A DNA stretch of 64,000 nt from an uncultured Gammaproteobacteria bacterium (GCA_964371245.1 CAYJKP010000001.1:251042-315041), one strand, 5' to 3'. Numbered from the stretch's first letter, positions 18,411-28,894 are shown. Notes: a model not told the origin generated them from the sequence alone. Program-made: numbers and translations.

Positions 18411-19500
18411 GAAGCAAGGTTAATAGCCGCGTCACGACGTTGTTAATGTCATGGTTTTTTTTCGCGTAATGGTAGGCGTTGGCCGAGAGAGTAGAATACA
18501 GGGAATTATCTGAAAAGAGCTTTTGCAAATTATCATTCAGTTTCTTTGGGTCACCGTTGGCGACATAACCGCATTGGGAGGTGGTGATAAAGCTTTCCGG
18601 GTCAACATTTTTACTCAGTATCGGCGTCCAATTTTTAGCAGCCTGAACAAACGTCTGCGGAAAACCTTCATAGTCTGAGGTGTTAATCAAGACCCGGGCT
18701 TCTTGGTAGTATTGTTCAATCTCATTGAAACCGACAAATTCCAGCAGTCGCACGTTCGCAGTCTCTCGAGCGAGGGTTTTTATTTGTTCGTTGTACTCGT
18801 CGTCTCTGCCGGGCGGGCAAATCAGAATGAACTGGAAAGCAGGGTTGAGCCGGGCTAACTCGATAAATTCCTCTGCGTGTTTCATGGGATCGCGCCGGCC
18901 GACCCAAAGGACGGTATCATTTTTCGGCGGCTGGTCTGGACGAATGTCATAGCCACTGTATAGAATCTCGCTTGATAAACGGTATTTTGTCAACAAACGC
19001 TCTTGTTGGAATCGGTTTTGGGCAATGAGCAGATGGGCGTATTTCAACAGGCGAAAATACAGACACGGTTTATTGCTTCTTTGATATCGGCCGTCGCTTT
19101 CCACGTCGCTGGCTAACATATAGACGAATTTGATTTTCTTTATTTTACAATACAAAGCCAGTAGGCAGGAAAACGGGCTCAAGCCGCGCTGGAGGATAAT
19201 ATCCGGCTTAACCTTCGCTATTTTTTGATGGAAACGAACGAGTTTTTTTACCGCCGAGTCGTTTTTTGAAAATGTTCTTATCAGTCGAAAAACACGCTGG
19301 TCTGGGAAATCAATTGTTTCATAGTCAGCGATAAACGCATAAGCGCTGATGTTCGGATAATGCCATAATGCCCGTGTCAACAAATACAGCTGGACTGTAG
19401 CCCCGCCAAACGGTCTCTTTGAAGTGATATTGAAGATCGCCTCTGAGTCTTTGGGAAAGACAATAGCGATTTTTGTGATTGCGTTCTTGCGTGCGCTCAT
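18397..19500 (-). CDS. Glycosyltransferase family 4
   Basis: 'TSDYEGFPQTFVQAAKNWTPIL' EX7E-like motif, GT-B architecture. Confidence 0.7.
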   Translation of the reverse strand: MSARKNAITKIAIVFPKDSEAIFNITSKRPFGGATVQLYLLTRALWHYPNISAYAFIADYETIDFPDQRVFRLIRTFSKNDSAVKKLVRFHQKIAKVKPDIILQRGLSPFSCLLALYCKIKKIKFVYMLASDVESDGRYQRSNKPCLYFRLLKYAHLLIAQNRFQQERLLTKYRLSSEILYSGYDIRPDQPPKNDTVLWVGRRDPMKHAEEFIELARLNPAFQFILICPPGRDDEYNEQIKTLARETANVRLLEFVGFNEIEQYYQEARVLINTSDYEGFPQTFVQAAKNWTPILSKNVDPESFITTSQCGYVANGDPKKLNDNLQKLFSDNSLYSTLSANAYHYAKKNHDINNVVTRLLTLLHVND

Positions 19501-20639
19501 CGGACTTCTATTAAACGAAGATATTTTTTCATTATTGTGTCCCAGGTATATCTCTCAAGGAAGCGTTGGCGCGAGGTGTGTGAGAATTTATTGCGCAAAT
19601 TCTGGTCGGCCATAAGCAGGGATAATTTTTGCAGCACCTCGGAAGTATTTTCCGGATTAACGATCAGGCCAGTGTCCGTGGAGACGGTCTCTTTGATCGC
19701 TGCTTGATTTGAGGCCAGGATGGCGCAGCCAGTGCTCATCGCTTCCACCAGCACGATACCCTGGCTTTCCGTCTGCGATAACAACGCGAAAATTTTCGCT
19801 CGATTATACAGGTCATGCAAGCGGCCATCAGCTTTATCGAGCCAGCCGGTAAAAATGATGTTACCATGGTTTTCCGCTAAACCCTCAAGGGTTTTTCGGT
19901 ATGGTCCGTCGCCGACTAAATACAGTTTCCAATCGTTCCGGCCAGCATTGAGAAAAGCCGGGATTAAATATTGGAAGCCCTTCATTGGCTGCATCCGGCC
20001 GACCGAGAGGATGATATTTTCTTTTGCCAAGCCCGGTTTTATGAGCGAATGGGAACCATTCGGGATGACAATAATCTTATCGTTCGGCTGGCCCTGAAGG
20101 ACATTTTTTTCGATAAGCTTTTTTAACGAATCTGATGGTACGGTCACGGACCGTGATCGGCGTATGATTGCCTTAATTACTGGTGTGGTGAAACGGTGGA
20201 GTAGAGTAAATCGATCGGGATTATGCCCGGGCACATCGCTGCCGTGGCTGGTTACGATATAGGGCAGCTTTGCTAGCTTGGAAAACACGTAGGCGAGTAT
20301 GCCAGTCGGGACGAGAAAGTGGCAATGACAATAGGCATATGTATTTTTCTTTAATAAGGTGCGGATCGTAAAAAAAGCAGTGATAAGATAAATCAACTGT
20401 TCGGGGAACGTACTGAGTTCTTTTTTCTTCCGCCAGCTTTTGACGCGATGGATGGAGATGCCGTCCTTCTGTTCGAACGTCGGTAAACCGACATATCCCA
20501 TCGTAACGACGTCGACCCGATAGCCGGCGTCGACGTATCCTTTGGTTATCGCGTATGAGATGGGCGACGCACCGCCGCCGAGAGGCGGAAACTCGTAATT
20601 TAATACCAAAATGCTACGCCCGGACGGAAAATCAATCAT
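19497..20639 (-). CDS. Glycosyltransferase family 4
   Basis: 'LVLNYEFPPLGGGASPISYAITKGYVDAGYRVDVVT' GT4_N. 'SQTESQGIVLVEAMSTGCAILAS' EX7E motif. Confidence 0.8.
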   Translation of the reverse strand: MIDFPSGRSILVLNYEFPPLGGGASPISYAITKGYVDAGYRVDVVTMGYVGLPTFEQKDGISIHRVKSWRKKKELSTFPEQLIYLITAFFTIRTLLKKNTYAYCHCHFLVPTGILAYVFSKLAKLPYIVTSHGSDVPGHNPDRFTLLHRFTTPVIKAIIRRSRSVTVPSDSLKKLIEKNVLQGQPNDKIIVIPNGSHSLIKPGLAKENIILSVGRMQPMKGFQYLIPAFLNAGRNDWKLYLVGDGPYRKTLEGLAENHGNIIFTGWLDKADGRLHDLYNRAKIFALLSQTESQGIVLVEAMSTGCAILASNQAAIKETVSTDTGLIVNPENTSEVLQKLSLLMADQNLRNKFSHTSRQRFLERYTWDTIMKKYLRLIEVR

Positions 20640-21595
20640 TATGAATTGTCGGTAATATCCCGGATCGTATAGACGCTGCGTTTGCTGTTGTAATATGTTT
20701 TGATGGCAATGTCGCCGAGGAGACCGGAAATAAACAATTGTATTCCGGCGAGGATTAAAAACACCGAGACGAGCGGCCAGATGCTGTTTTGGAGACTGAG
20801 GAGTTTAAATATCCGCATGATGGCCAAGTAGAGACCGAGGAGGAATCCCACTCCGCCCAGTAACACCCCAAAGCCGCCGAAGAGATGGAGTGGCCGACTG
20901 GAGTATTTCCGCCAGAACCAGACGCTGATCATGTCAACAAAACCTTTGACCATTCTCTTCCAGTTGTATTTTGTCTGGCCGGTGGTCCGTTGGCGGTGGT
21001 TTACGTCCAATTCAGCGATTTTAAAACCTTTCCAAGCAAGCATCGCTGGAATGAAACGGTGGATTTCGCCAAACAAATCGAGTTCGTCAAAACACTCACG
21101 CCGATAGACTTTCAACGTACAGCCGGAATCACGAATATGGTCGGCCACAAAAAATTTTCGCATGACATTGGCGCCGCGAGATACGAATTTTTTCGAAAAT
21201 GTGTCTTTACGGTTTTTCCGCCAGCCAGAAACGACATCATAACCTTCATCAAGTTTTTCGAGCAATCTGGGGATGTCAGCCGGGTCATTTTGACCGTCGC
21301 CATCCAGGGTAATAAAAATCTTCCCCTGGGCATGTTTGAAGCCGGCATCGAGCGCGGCGGTTTGGCCGAAGTTTTTCCGGAAGCGGATGATTTTGATAGG
21401 GGAGAGCGCTGACAGTCGTTCAAATGTTCGGTCCGTGCTCCCGTCATCAACAAAAATTACTTCATAGGGTTGACCGAGTCGATCCATAACAACTTTGATC
21501 TCGCGATAGAGCGGAACGACCGCGTCTTCTTCATTGTACGCCGGGATGATGACGGAATGTGCTACTGATAATTTATTTTCGGTTGTTGGATTCAT
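20639..21595 (-). CDS. GT2 polyprenol-phosphate glycosyltransferase (GtrB/ArnC/DPM1-like), C-terminal 2-TM anchor
   Basis: 'VIIPAYNEEDAV...EVIFVDDGSTDRT...ITLDGDGQNDP' GT-A DxD/DGD motifs plus two C-terminal TM helices. Architecture is diagnostic for GtrB-type lipid-sugar synthases. Confidence 0.85.
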   Translation of the reverse strand: MNPTTENKLSVAHSVIIPAYNEEDAVVPLYREIKVVMDRLGQPYEVIFVDDGSTDRTFERLSALSPIKIIRFRKNFGQTAALDAGFKHAQGKIFITLDGDGQNDPADIPRLLEKLDEGYDVVSGWRKNRKDTFSKKFVSRGANVMRKFFVADHIRDSGCTLKVYRRECFDELDLFGEIHRFIPAMLAWKGFKIAELDVNHRQRTTGQTKYNWKRMVKGFVDMISVWFWRKYSSRPLHLFGGFGVLLGGVGFLLGLYLAIMRIFKLLSLQNSIWPLVSVFLILAGIQLFISGLLGDIAIKTYYNSKRSVYTIRDITDNS

Positions 21596-22502
21596 GGGCG
21601 TGTTCTTGATACCAAGCGATAGTTTTTTTCATGCCCTCGGCAAAGCTGGTTTTCGGCTGCCAATCGAGTAATTTCCGTGCCCTGGAATTATCAGCCAGCG
21701 TATCGTGCGGCTCAACGCGGGCGGGAATATGCGTCATTTCGCCGCCGACGATCTCAGCAACTTCATTGACGCTGTGATTGTCTCCGTTGCCGATATTTAT
21801 AACCTCGCCGTGGCCGACCTTTTTACTCGTCATGGCAAGGACATTGGCTTGTACGATATCGTCGATAAAAGTGAAGTCCCGCGTTTGGGTGCCGTCGCCC
21901 GTTATAGTCAACGGTTCATGATTTGCCTTCTGTCGGTTAAAGATGGCAATCACGGTTACATAGGCGCCTTCTGAGGCCATCCGCGGTCCATACACGTTGA
22001 AATATCTGAGTGACACCGTTTCAATATTCCAAAATAGATTTGCCAGTTTTGCATATTCCTCGCCGACGTACTTTTGAAGTCCGTACGGGCTTTTCGGATT
22101 CGGTTTCATTTCTTCCTGCAATGGAAGTGTGACAGGATCGCCGTAGGCCGAAGACGACGCTGAATACACCAACCGCTTTACGCCAGCGTCCCGTGCCGCC
22201 AACAGGACATTCAAGGTACCAGTGATATTTATATCATTCGTCTCCGTCGGATTCACGATCGAGACCTGGACGCGGGGAAGGGCAGCGAGATGAAAGACCC
22301 CATCGAATCCCGTAAACAAAGGCTTAATTTCTTCGAGCTGGCGGATATCCGCGTTGATAAATTCCGCCTTCGGATGGAGATTTTCTTTCTTGCCGGTCGA
22401 AAGGTTATCAATGATTCTGACGGGGTCGCCGCGTTCGATCAACGCTGCTACCACATGGGAACCGATAAATCCGGCGCCGCCCGTAACAAGGTACTTTGGC
22501 AT
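21573..22502 (-). CDS. NAD-dependent epimerase/dehydratase (GalE/WbpP-like SDR)
   Basis: 'VTGGAGFIGSHV' Rossmann motif, 'ASSSAYGDP' and 'YGLQK' (YxxxK) catalytic motifs. Confidence 0.75.
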   Translation of the reverse strand: MPKYLVTGGAGFIGSHVVAALIERGDPVRIIDNLSTGKKENLHPKAEFINADIRQLEEIKPLFTGFDGVFHLAALPRVQVSIVNPTETNDINITGTLNVLLAARDAGVKRLVYSASSSAYGDPVTLPLQEEMKPNPKSPYGLQKYVGEEYAKLANLFWNIETVSLRYFNVYGPRMASEGAYVTVIAIFNRQKANHEPLTITGDGTQTRDFTFIDDIVQANVLAMTSKKVGHGEVINIGNGDNHSVNEVAEIVGGEMTHIPARVEPHDTLADNSRARKLLDWQPKTSFAEGMKKTIAWYQEHAHESNNRK

Positions 22503-22562
22503 TCGTAATAGTATCTAAAAATTAATCAGAAATACGCATCAATTCTACCACATTTCATTTAT

Positions 22563-22590
22563 TTGTAAAGTTGAAGGATTATTGTATAAT
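22563..22590 (+). promoter_or_regulatory. sigma70-like promoter TTGTAA-16-TATAAT for the 22623 gene
   Basis: TTGTAA at 22563-22568, TATAAT at 22585-22590, 16-nt spacer, about 32 nt upstream of the ATG, in a divergent intergenic region. Confidence 0.4.
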
Positions 22591-22622
22591 AGATACGCAA
22601 ACTACTCGTGCATTGAATAACT

Positions 22623-24098
22623 ATGAAACGTAGAACCGTTATTGTCGTCGGAAAAATACTTATCTTGCTTGCGCCAGTTTTTTTATTAGGCTGGGTGATT
22701 AATGTTAATGTCGCGCCGACGGGGCACGTACGGATCGTCCAAAACGTCGGTCAAGCGTCGCGGGGGGCGATTGAGCTGGAACCAGCGGCTCGCCTCAGCG
22801 ATATAGAAACGGGCAGCCGCCAGATCATTGATCAGCCCGTATATTTTTCTATGAAAATGCCACGTTCGTTCGAGACGGCAAAGGTGACGCTGGAATATCA
22901 AAATCAAATCCAGCCCCTGGTTGAACTCGGCGTTCACCGCACGGTCGGCACATATGACTATTTATTAAAGCCCTTCGATGTTGGTCTTTTACGAAGCGGT
23001 GAGTGGGAGTTTTTACACGACGATGCGCAGTCCTTGATGCTGGCCCAAAAGAAAACTGCATCAGGAAAAAAATATGCCAGTGTCCAAGATTTCACCGAAA
23101 ACATTCCCCGTGATTCGATAACGGCGGAGTATAATATTGATTATAAAAAAGACTACCGCCTGTCCGATTATCAAAAATCGGATGCGGAACTGAACATAAC
23201 GACGCCGCTTCAAGGCCGTCACATATTTTACACGTATATAAAAGATGAACCTCTAAATTTAAATATTGTCTATCAGGATATTAATAAAAACGTCGGTCCG
23301 GACCGTTTTCATTTGAATATCTATTATGGCGATACCCAACGCGTTCAAAATGTCGACCGTCCGGATGACGGTGAGGAGGGCGCTACCGGCAGCAGCTCGG
23401 CCGAGCAGGATGTGGCCGTAAATATTCCGAGCCTACCTGAAGGAATCTATCGATTAGAATTTGATATCAGCGATGATCTTATTATTAAGAAAATACATTC
23501 GACTCTGCATTATTTTGTTGTTGATCAGCGGATCAAAGTATTGGAAAATCAGAATAAAGAACCGATACGTTTGTTTTCCCGCGCCGACAAGTTTACTGTT
23601 TTACCTCTCTCTTCGGCCGGACATCAAAGTATAGCCATTGATTCACAAAACATATTACTGAACGATTTACAGATACCGGCGGTCAGCCAGATTACTGGCG
23701 GACAAAAAAATAATTTGCATACCATTATACTGCCTCAGGGGAACGCCATGCTCACGGCCAACGGCGCGTTTTCCTTTACGTCCGAGAGCTGCTTCTACCC
23801 AGCCAGTTTTTTGGTAAGCGTATCGGACGTGACTGATTTTTCAAGGCTCGATTATGTGTTAACCAAGGATTTTACTCCGCCGGTTATGGATGGTGATTGG
23901 TTAACCGGTAGTCAGACGTTCGATCTCCGGAAGGCATATATATCCGACCGAACGATTAAGTTTGAAATCTCAGCTCCAGGTCTGGCCCAACGCGGCGCCG
24001 TTCTGAATGTACGGAAAATTACGATCGATCTCTACCGCCAGCCCATGACGTGGACCACATTGTTGACCGATCTAAAAAACTACCTTAAGAAGATATAA
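22623..24098 (+). CDS. Hypothetical membrane-anchored extracytoplasmic protein
   Basis: 491 aa, single N-terminal TM (VIVVGKILILLAPVFLLGWVI), otherwise hydrophilic. No recognisable catalytic motif. Confidence 0.5.
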   Translation: MKRRTVIVVGKILILLAPVFLLGWVINVNVAPTGHVRIVQNVGQASRGAIELEPAARLSDIETGSRQIIDQPVYFSMKMPRSFETAKVTLEYQNQIQPLVELGVHRTVGTYDYLLKPFDVGLLRSGEWEFLHDDAQSLMLAQKKTASGKKYASVQDFTENIPRDSITAEYNIDYKKDYRLSDYQKSDAELNITTPLQGRHIFYTYIKDEPLNLNIVYQDINKNVGPDRFHLNIYYGDTQRVQNVDRPDDGEEGATGSSSAEQDVAVNIPSLPEGIYRLEFDISDDLIIKKIHSTLHYFVVDQRIKVLENQNKEPIRLFSRADKFTVLPLSSAGHQSIAIDSQNILLNDLQIPAVSQITGGQKNNLHTIILPQGNAMLTANGAFSFTSESCFYPASFLVSVSDVTDFSRLDYVLTKDFTPPVMDGDWLTGSQTFDLRKAYISDRTIKFEISAPGLAQRGAVLNVRKITIDLYRQPMTWTTLLTDLKNYLKKI

Positions 24099-24102
24099 GA
24101 GC

Positions 24103-24468
24103 ATGACCGGATCTATCGTAAAACAGCTTCTCGATTTTGCCTTTAAAGTAAGCGTCGTAACGTATGGCCTCTTTTGGATGATTGAAATACTCGATCCGGG
24201 GCGGGTAAGCTCGTTTTTTAACCTGACGCTTTCTCTTACGGTGGTTGTCGGGCTGGGTCTGTTGACGCTTTTCTTCCCGCGCGATGATTTCTCGCCGGAC
24301 CAACCGATGAAAAGAAACAGCACTTTTCTAGTGATCGTGGCAGTCCTGGCAGCGGCCTTTGCGCTGATGCAAATAAAAAAGAATTATCTGGTTTTGCTTA
24401 TCGGCGCCAGTTTCGTTATTATGCTTGTAGCATATCTTTCAACCATAAGAAAGGAGAATAAAACATGA
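24103..24468 (+). CDS. Small integral membrane protein (3 TM), hypothetical
   Basis: 121 aa, three hydrophobic helices, tightly packed between neighbours (4-nt gap, 4-nt overlap). Confidence 0.4.
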   Translation: MTGSIVKQLLDFAFKVSVVTYGLFWMIEILDPGRVSSFFNLTLSLTVVVGLGLLTLFFPRDDFSPDQPMKRNSTFLVIVAVLAAAFALMQIKKNYLVLLIGASFVIMLVAYLSTIRKENKT

Positions 24469-25214
24469 AAGGAATTATCCTCGCTGGAGGCACGGGATCG
24501 CGTCTGGCTCCGCTGACGCGGGTGACCAACAAGCATTTACTGCCCGTATTTAATAGGCCGATGATTTATTACCCGATTGCCACGTTGAAAAATGCCGGCA
24601 TCACTGACATCCTCGTCGTGTCCGGCCGGGGTCACGTCGGACATTTGCTGGAGTTACTCGGTTCTGGCCGGAGATTCGGCGTAAAATTTTCCTATGAGGT
24701 GCAAGAAGAGCCAGGTGGTATTGCCCAGGCGCTTGGTTTGGCCGAAGGGTACGTCGACAATGACAAGGTCGTGGTGGTCTTGGGCGATAATATCATCGTT
24801 GATAATGTCGGTTCAGCGGTGAAAGATTTCGAAAAGCAGCCCAGCGGCGCGAAAATATTTCTGAAAGAGACGAAATACCCGCAATCGCTCGGCATTGCGG
24901 AAATTGATGGCGATCGTATTGTCAATATTGAAGAAAAGCCAAAAAAACCGAAATCGAACCTGGCTGTCATCGGCCTCTATATGTATGACAACAGCGTTTT
25001 CAAGGTTGTAAAAACGCTGAAGCCATCAAAGCGCGGCGAACTTGAAATCACCGATGTCAACAACCATTTCATCAAAGAAAGCGTGATGACCTACAGCATC
25101 CTTCAAGGGTGGTGGGGCGACGGCGGAGAATCGTTTGAAAGCTTGTTAGAGGCGGGACAGCTTGTTGCCAATACTATTAAAGAAACCGGCCATGATCCAT
25201 GGTGTACAGATTAA
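24465..25214 (+). CDS. rmlA: Sugar-phosphate nucleotidyltransferase, RmlA-like (glucose-1-phosphate thymidylyltransferase, short form)
   Basis: 'MKGIILAGGTGSRLAPLT...NKHLLPV' signature G-x-G-T-R-L motif of RmlA/GlmU-type nucleotidyltransferases. 249 aa is shorter than canonical RmlA, so substrate is not certain. Confidence 0.7.
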   Translation: MKGIILAGGTGSRLAPLTRVTNKHLLPVFNRPMIYYPIATLKNAGITDILVVSGRGHVGHLLELLGSGRRFGVKFSYEVQEEPGGIAQALGLAEGYVDNDKVVVVLGDNIIVDNVGSAVKDFEKQPSGAKIFLKETKYPQSLGIAEIDGDRIVNIEEKPKKPKSNLAVIGLYMYDNSVFKVVKTLKPSKRGELEITDVNNHFIKESVMTYSILQGWWGDGGESFESLLEAGQLVANTIKETGHDPWCTD

Positions 25215-25680
25215 AACATTAACCGTTCATCAGGACATCCCTGATCGCGGGGAAGACGCCGATAAAGCCGGCTTCCTCATGGAGGTATTACGGGATGACG
25301 ACGGGCTTTTGAGCAAGTTCGGCCAAACGACGTTCACGGTGGCGAATACGGGCGTGATCAAGGCCTTCCATTTCCACGAGCGCCAGGAAGATCTCTGGTT
25401 TGTGGCGACCGGCAAAGCGATGATTGTTCTTCACGACCTGCGTTCCGATTCGCCGACGAAGGGCGAGACCCAGGTTGTCTTCGCCGGCCGTGACGATTAC
25501 AAGCTGGTCCGCATTCCGGTCGGCGTGGCTCATGGATATAAGGTGCTGAGCGCTGAGCCGGCGATGCTTTTTTACCATACGACTGAAGCATATGATCCGA
25601 GAAATCCGGATGAAAAACGCATACCGTATGATGACCCGAAGATCGGATTTGACTGGAATAATGAAATTAAAAATAAATAA
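25192..25680 (+). CDS. rmlC: dTDP-4-dehydrorhamnose 3,5-epimerase (RmlC, cupin)
   Basis: ATG at 25192 (MIHGVQIKTL...). 'FHFHERQEDLWFV...GVAHGY' RmlC cupin motifs. Overlaps the rmlA-like gene by 23 nt. Confidence 0.8.
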   Translation: MIHGVQIKTLTVHQDIPDRGEDADKAGFLMEVLRDDDGLLSKFGQTTFTVANTGVIKAFHFHERQEDLWFVATGKAMIVLHDLRSDSPTKGETQVVFAGRDDYKLVRIPVGVAHGYKVLSAEPAMLFYHTTEAYDPRNPDEKRIPYDDPKIGFDWNNEIKNK

Positions 25681-25689
25681 TTCAAAAAT

Positions 25690-25739
25690 AAAAATGGAGG
25701 AGTCCACCGGGCGGACACATTAATTTTACATTTTGAATT
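25690..25739. repeat. Copy A of a conserved roughly 50-nt intergenic motif (AAAAATGNAGGANNCCACC..GGGCGGANACANTAATTTTNCATTTT..GAATT)
   Basis: Direct comparison with 28829-28894 gives about 85% identity over the core. Located between rmlC and the PfkB kinase gene. Confidence 0.45.
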
Positions 25740-25752
25740 TCACATCTCTTAT

Positions 25753-26697
25753 ATGAAAATTCTCGTTTCAGGTTCGCTCGCCTTTGACCGGATCATGGAT
25801 TTTCCGGGCCGGTTTAAGGATTATATTTTACCGGAAAAAATTCACGTTTTAAGCGTGAGCTTTTTAGTGAATACGTTACGCGAGAATTTCGGCGGCACAG
25901 CCGGTAACATCGCCTACAATCTGGCGCTCTTAAAAGAACAGCCGATTATTTTGGCAACGGCTGGCAAGGATTTCGCCCAGTATCGCGACTGGCTGAGAGA
26001 AAGAAGCGTCACTACTGACCAAATTGTTCTGAACGAAGATTTCACCGCTTCAGCGCATATTATTACCGATCTGGACAATAATCAGATTGCCGGCTTCCAT
26101 CCGGGCGCCATGAAGCAGGCCAGCCGGGCGGATGTTGAAAAAATAAAAAACGCGGAAGGGGAACTTTTTGCGATAATTTGCGCGGGCAATGTTGAGGACA
26201 TGATCTATTATGCCCGTGAATATCAACGGTTGAATATTCCATACATTTTCGATCCCGCCCAGCAAATTCCCGCCCTGAAGCCTGACCAACTGAAATTTGC
26301 CGTGACGGGCGCCCGGGTGTTTATTGGCAACGATTATGAAATCGACCTGGTTTTGAAAGTAACGGGCGCAACCAAGCACGACATCCTGAAAAAAACCGAG
26401 CTGATTGTGACGACGAAAGGGGAGCATGGCTCATTGATTGAAACCGCTGATTCGAGCTATACTATCCCTATTGCCAAGCCGCGTGAAATCAAGGATCCGA
26501 CCGGCGCCGGCGATGCCTACCGGGCGGGATTTATCAAAGGACTGCTCGGCCATTACTCGCTCGAACAAGCCGGACGGCTCGGTTCGGTGTCGGCGGTGTA
26601 TCCGATCGAATACTACGGCACCCAACAACATACCTACACGAGCCGGGAATTCAGCGAGCGGTATAAAGAAAATTTTCGAGAGGAAATCCGTTTATAA
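25753..26697 (+). CDS. PfkB-family carbohydrate/nucleoside kinase (ribokinase-like)
   Basis: N-terminal 'ILVSGSLAFDRIM' and C-terminal 'DPTGAGDAYRAGFIKGL' PfkB signature 2 (DTxGAGD). Confidence 0.8.
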   Translation: MKILVSGSLAFDRIMDFPGRFKDYILPEKIHVLSVSFLVNTLRENFGGTAGNIAYNLALLKEQPIILATAGKDFAQYRDWLRERSVTTDQIVLNEDFTASAHIITDLDNNQIAGFHPGAMKQASRADVEKIKNAEGELFAIICAGNVEDMIYYAREYQRLNIPYIFDPAQQIPALKPDQLKFAVTGARVFIGNDYEIDLVLKVTGATKHDILKKTELIVTTKGEHGSLIETADSSYTIPIAKPREIKDPTGAGDAYRAGFIKGLLGHYSLEQAGRLGSVSAVYPIEYYGTQQHTYTSREFSERYKENFREEIRL

Positions 26698-26713
26698 AAA
26701 TTATTAAACATCC

Positions 26714-27520
26714 ATGCCAGCAAAAAAACGCCCCGCAACAAAAGTTTCAAAAAATCAAAAATTACGTCGTGTAAATTTATTATCAAGCACACTTGAGCCG
26801 AAGAAGACACATCGAACGTCCTGGCCAGGATACTCACCGGTGGTCGGACTTTTTGTTATCGTGCTCGTTGCCCTGATCGTGGGCGCGGGATTATATTATC
26901 TCTCCACCAAGACGAAATCGACGAATACGAACAGCACGGTTGGATTGGAGACAAACAAAAACAGCAACGCCAATTCAAATTCCGTTGCCTGTACGATGGA
27001 AGCCAAGCTTTGTTCGGACGGCTCCTACGTCAGCCGTATCCCGCCGGACTGTCAATTTGCCGCCTGCCCGGGCGAGACAAACATGAATTTGAATAGTAAT
27101 GCGAATGTGAATTCGAATACAAATAGCAATACAAACACCGCCGGCTGGCAGACATATATGAACCAGACTGGTGGGTACTCGATACAATATCCAGCCAATT
27201 GGATGATTGATACGACTCGGAATATCGGGTCGAACAGCGTTGTTTTTGAGGCTTCGGGTAGCGCGGGTGAAGCCGTTGAAGGGATAGAATTCGATGTAAC
27301 CGCAAAAACCCTTGACCAGTGGGCGGCTGAATTTGAAACCGGTATCGTTGAAAGTGTTACCGCGACAACGATTGATGGTAAGGTGGCCAAGAGGGTTGAT
27401 ACGACGGAGTTCGGCCAGGATTATATCGGCGTCCGCAATGGGGATAAATTGTACATTTTTACCAGCAACGGTACAATGTTCACCAACGGCATGTTAAATA
27501 CCTTTCAATTCAGTCAGTAA
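26714..27520 (+). CDS. Secreted/membrane-anchored protein with Asn/Ser/Thr-rich low-complexity linker
   Basis: N-terminal TM (VVGLFVIVLVALIVGAGLYYL) followed by NTNSTV...NKNSNANSNS...NLNSNANVNSNTNSNTNT repeats and a C-terminal globular domain. Confidence 0.5.
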   Translation: MPAKKRPATKVSKNQKLRRVNLLSSTLEPKKTHRTSWPGYSPVVGLFVIVLVALIVGAGLYYLSTKTKSTNTNSTVGLETNKNSNANSNSVACTMEAKLCSDGSYVSRIPPDCQFAACPGETNMNLNSNANVNSNTNSNTNTAGWQTYMNQTGGYSIQYPANWMIDTTRNIGSNSVVFEASGSAGEAVEGIEFDVTAKTLDQWAAEFETGIVESVTATTIDGKVAKRVDTTEFGQDYIGVRNGDKLYIFTSNGTMFTNGMLNTFQFSQ

Positions 27521-27534
27521 ATCATTAATCATAA

Positions 27535-28800
<1,266 letters not shown>

Positions 28801-28828
28801 AGCAATTAAAAATTCAAAATTATGAATT

Positions 28829-28894
28829 AAAAATGTAGGAAACCACCTAGGGCGGAAACAATAATTTTGCATTTTGCATTTTAAATTTTGAATT
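28829..28894. repeat. Copy B of the conserved intergenic motif (with internal TTTTGCATTTT duplication)
   Basis: Same core as 25690-25739. Lies between ahcY and the UDP-sugar dehydrogenase gene. Confidence 0.45.

Noticed and set aside
25695-25724. 9-codon mini-ORF (ATG GAG GAG TCC ACC GGG CGG ACA CAT TAA) inside copy A of the intergenic motif, preceded by GGAGG-like sequence
   Set aside because: In copy B the equivalent ATG is followed immediately by TAG. The motif conservation is therefore at the nucleotide level, not in a peptide.
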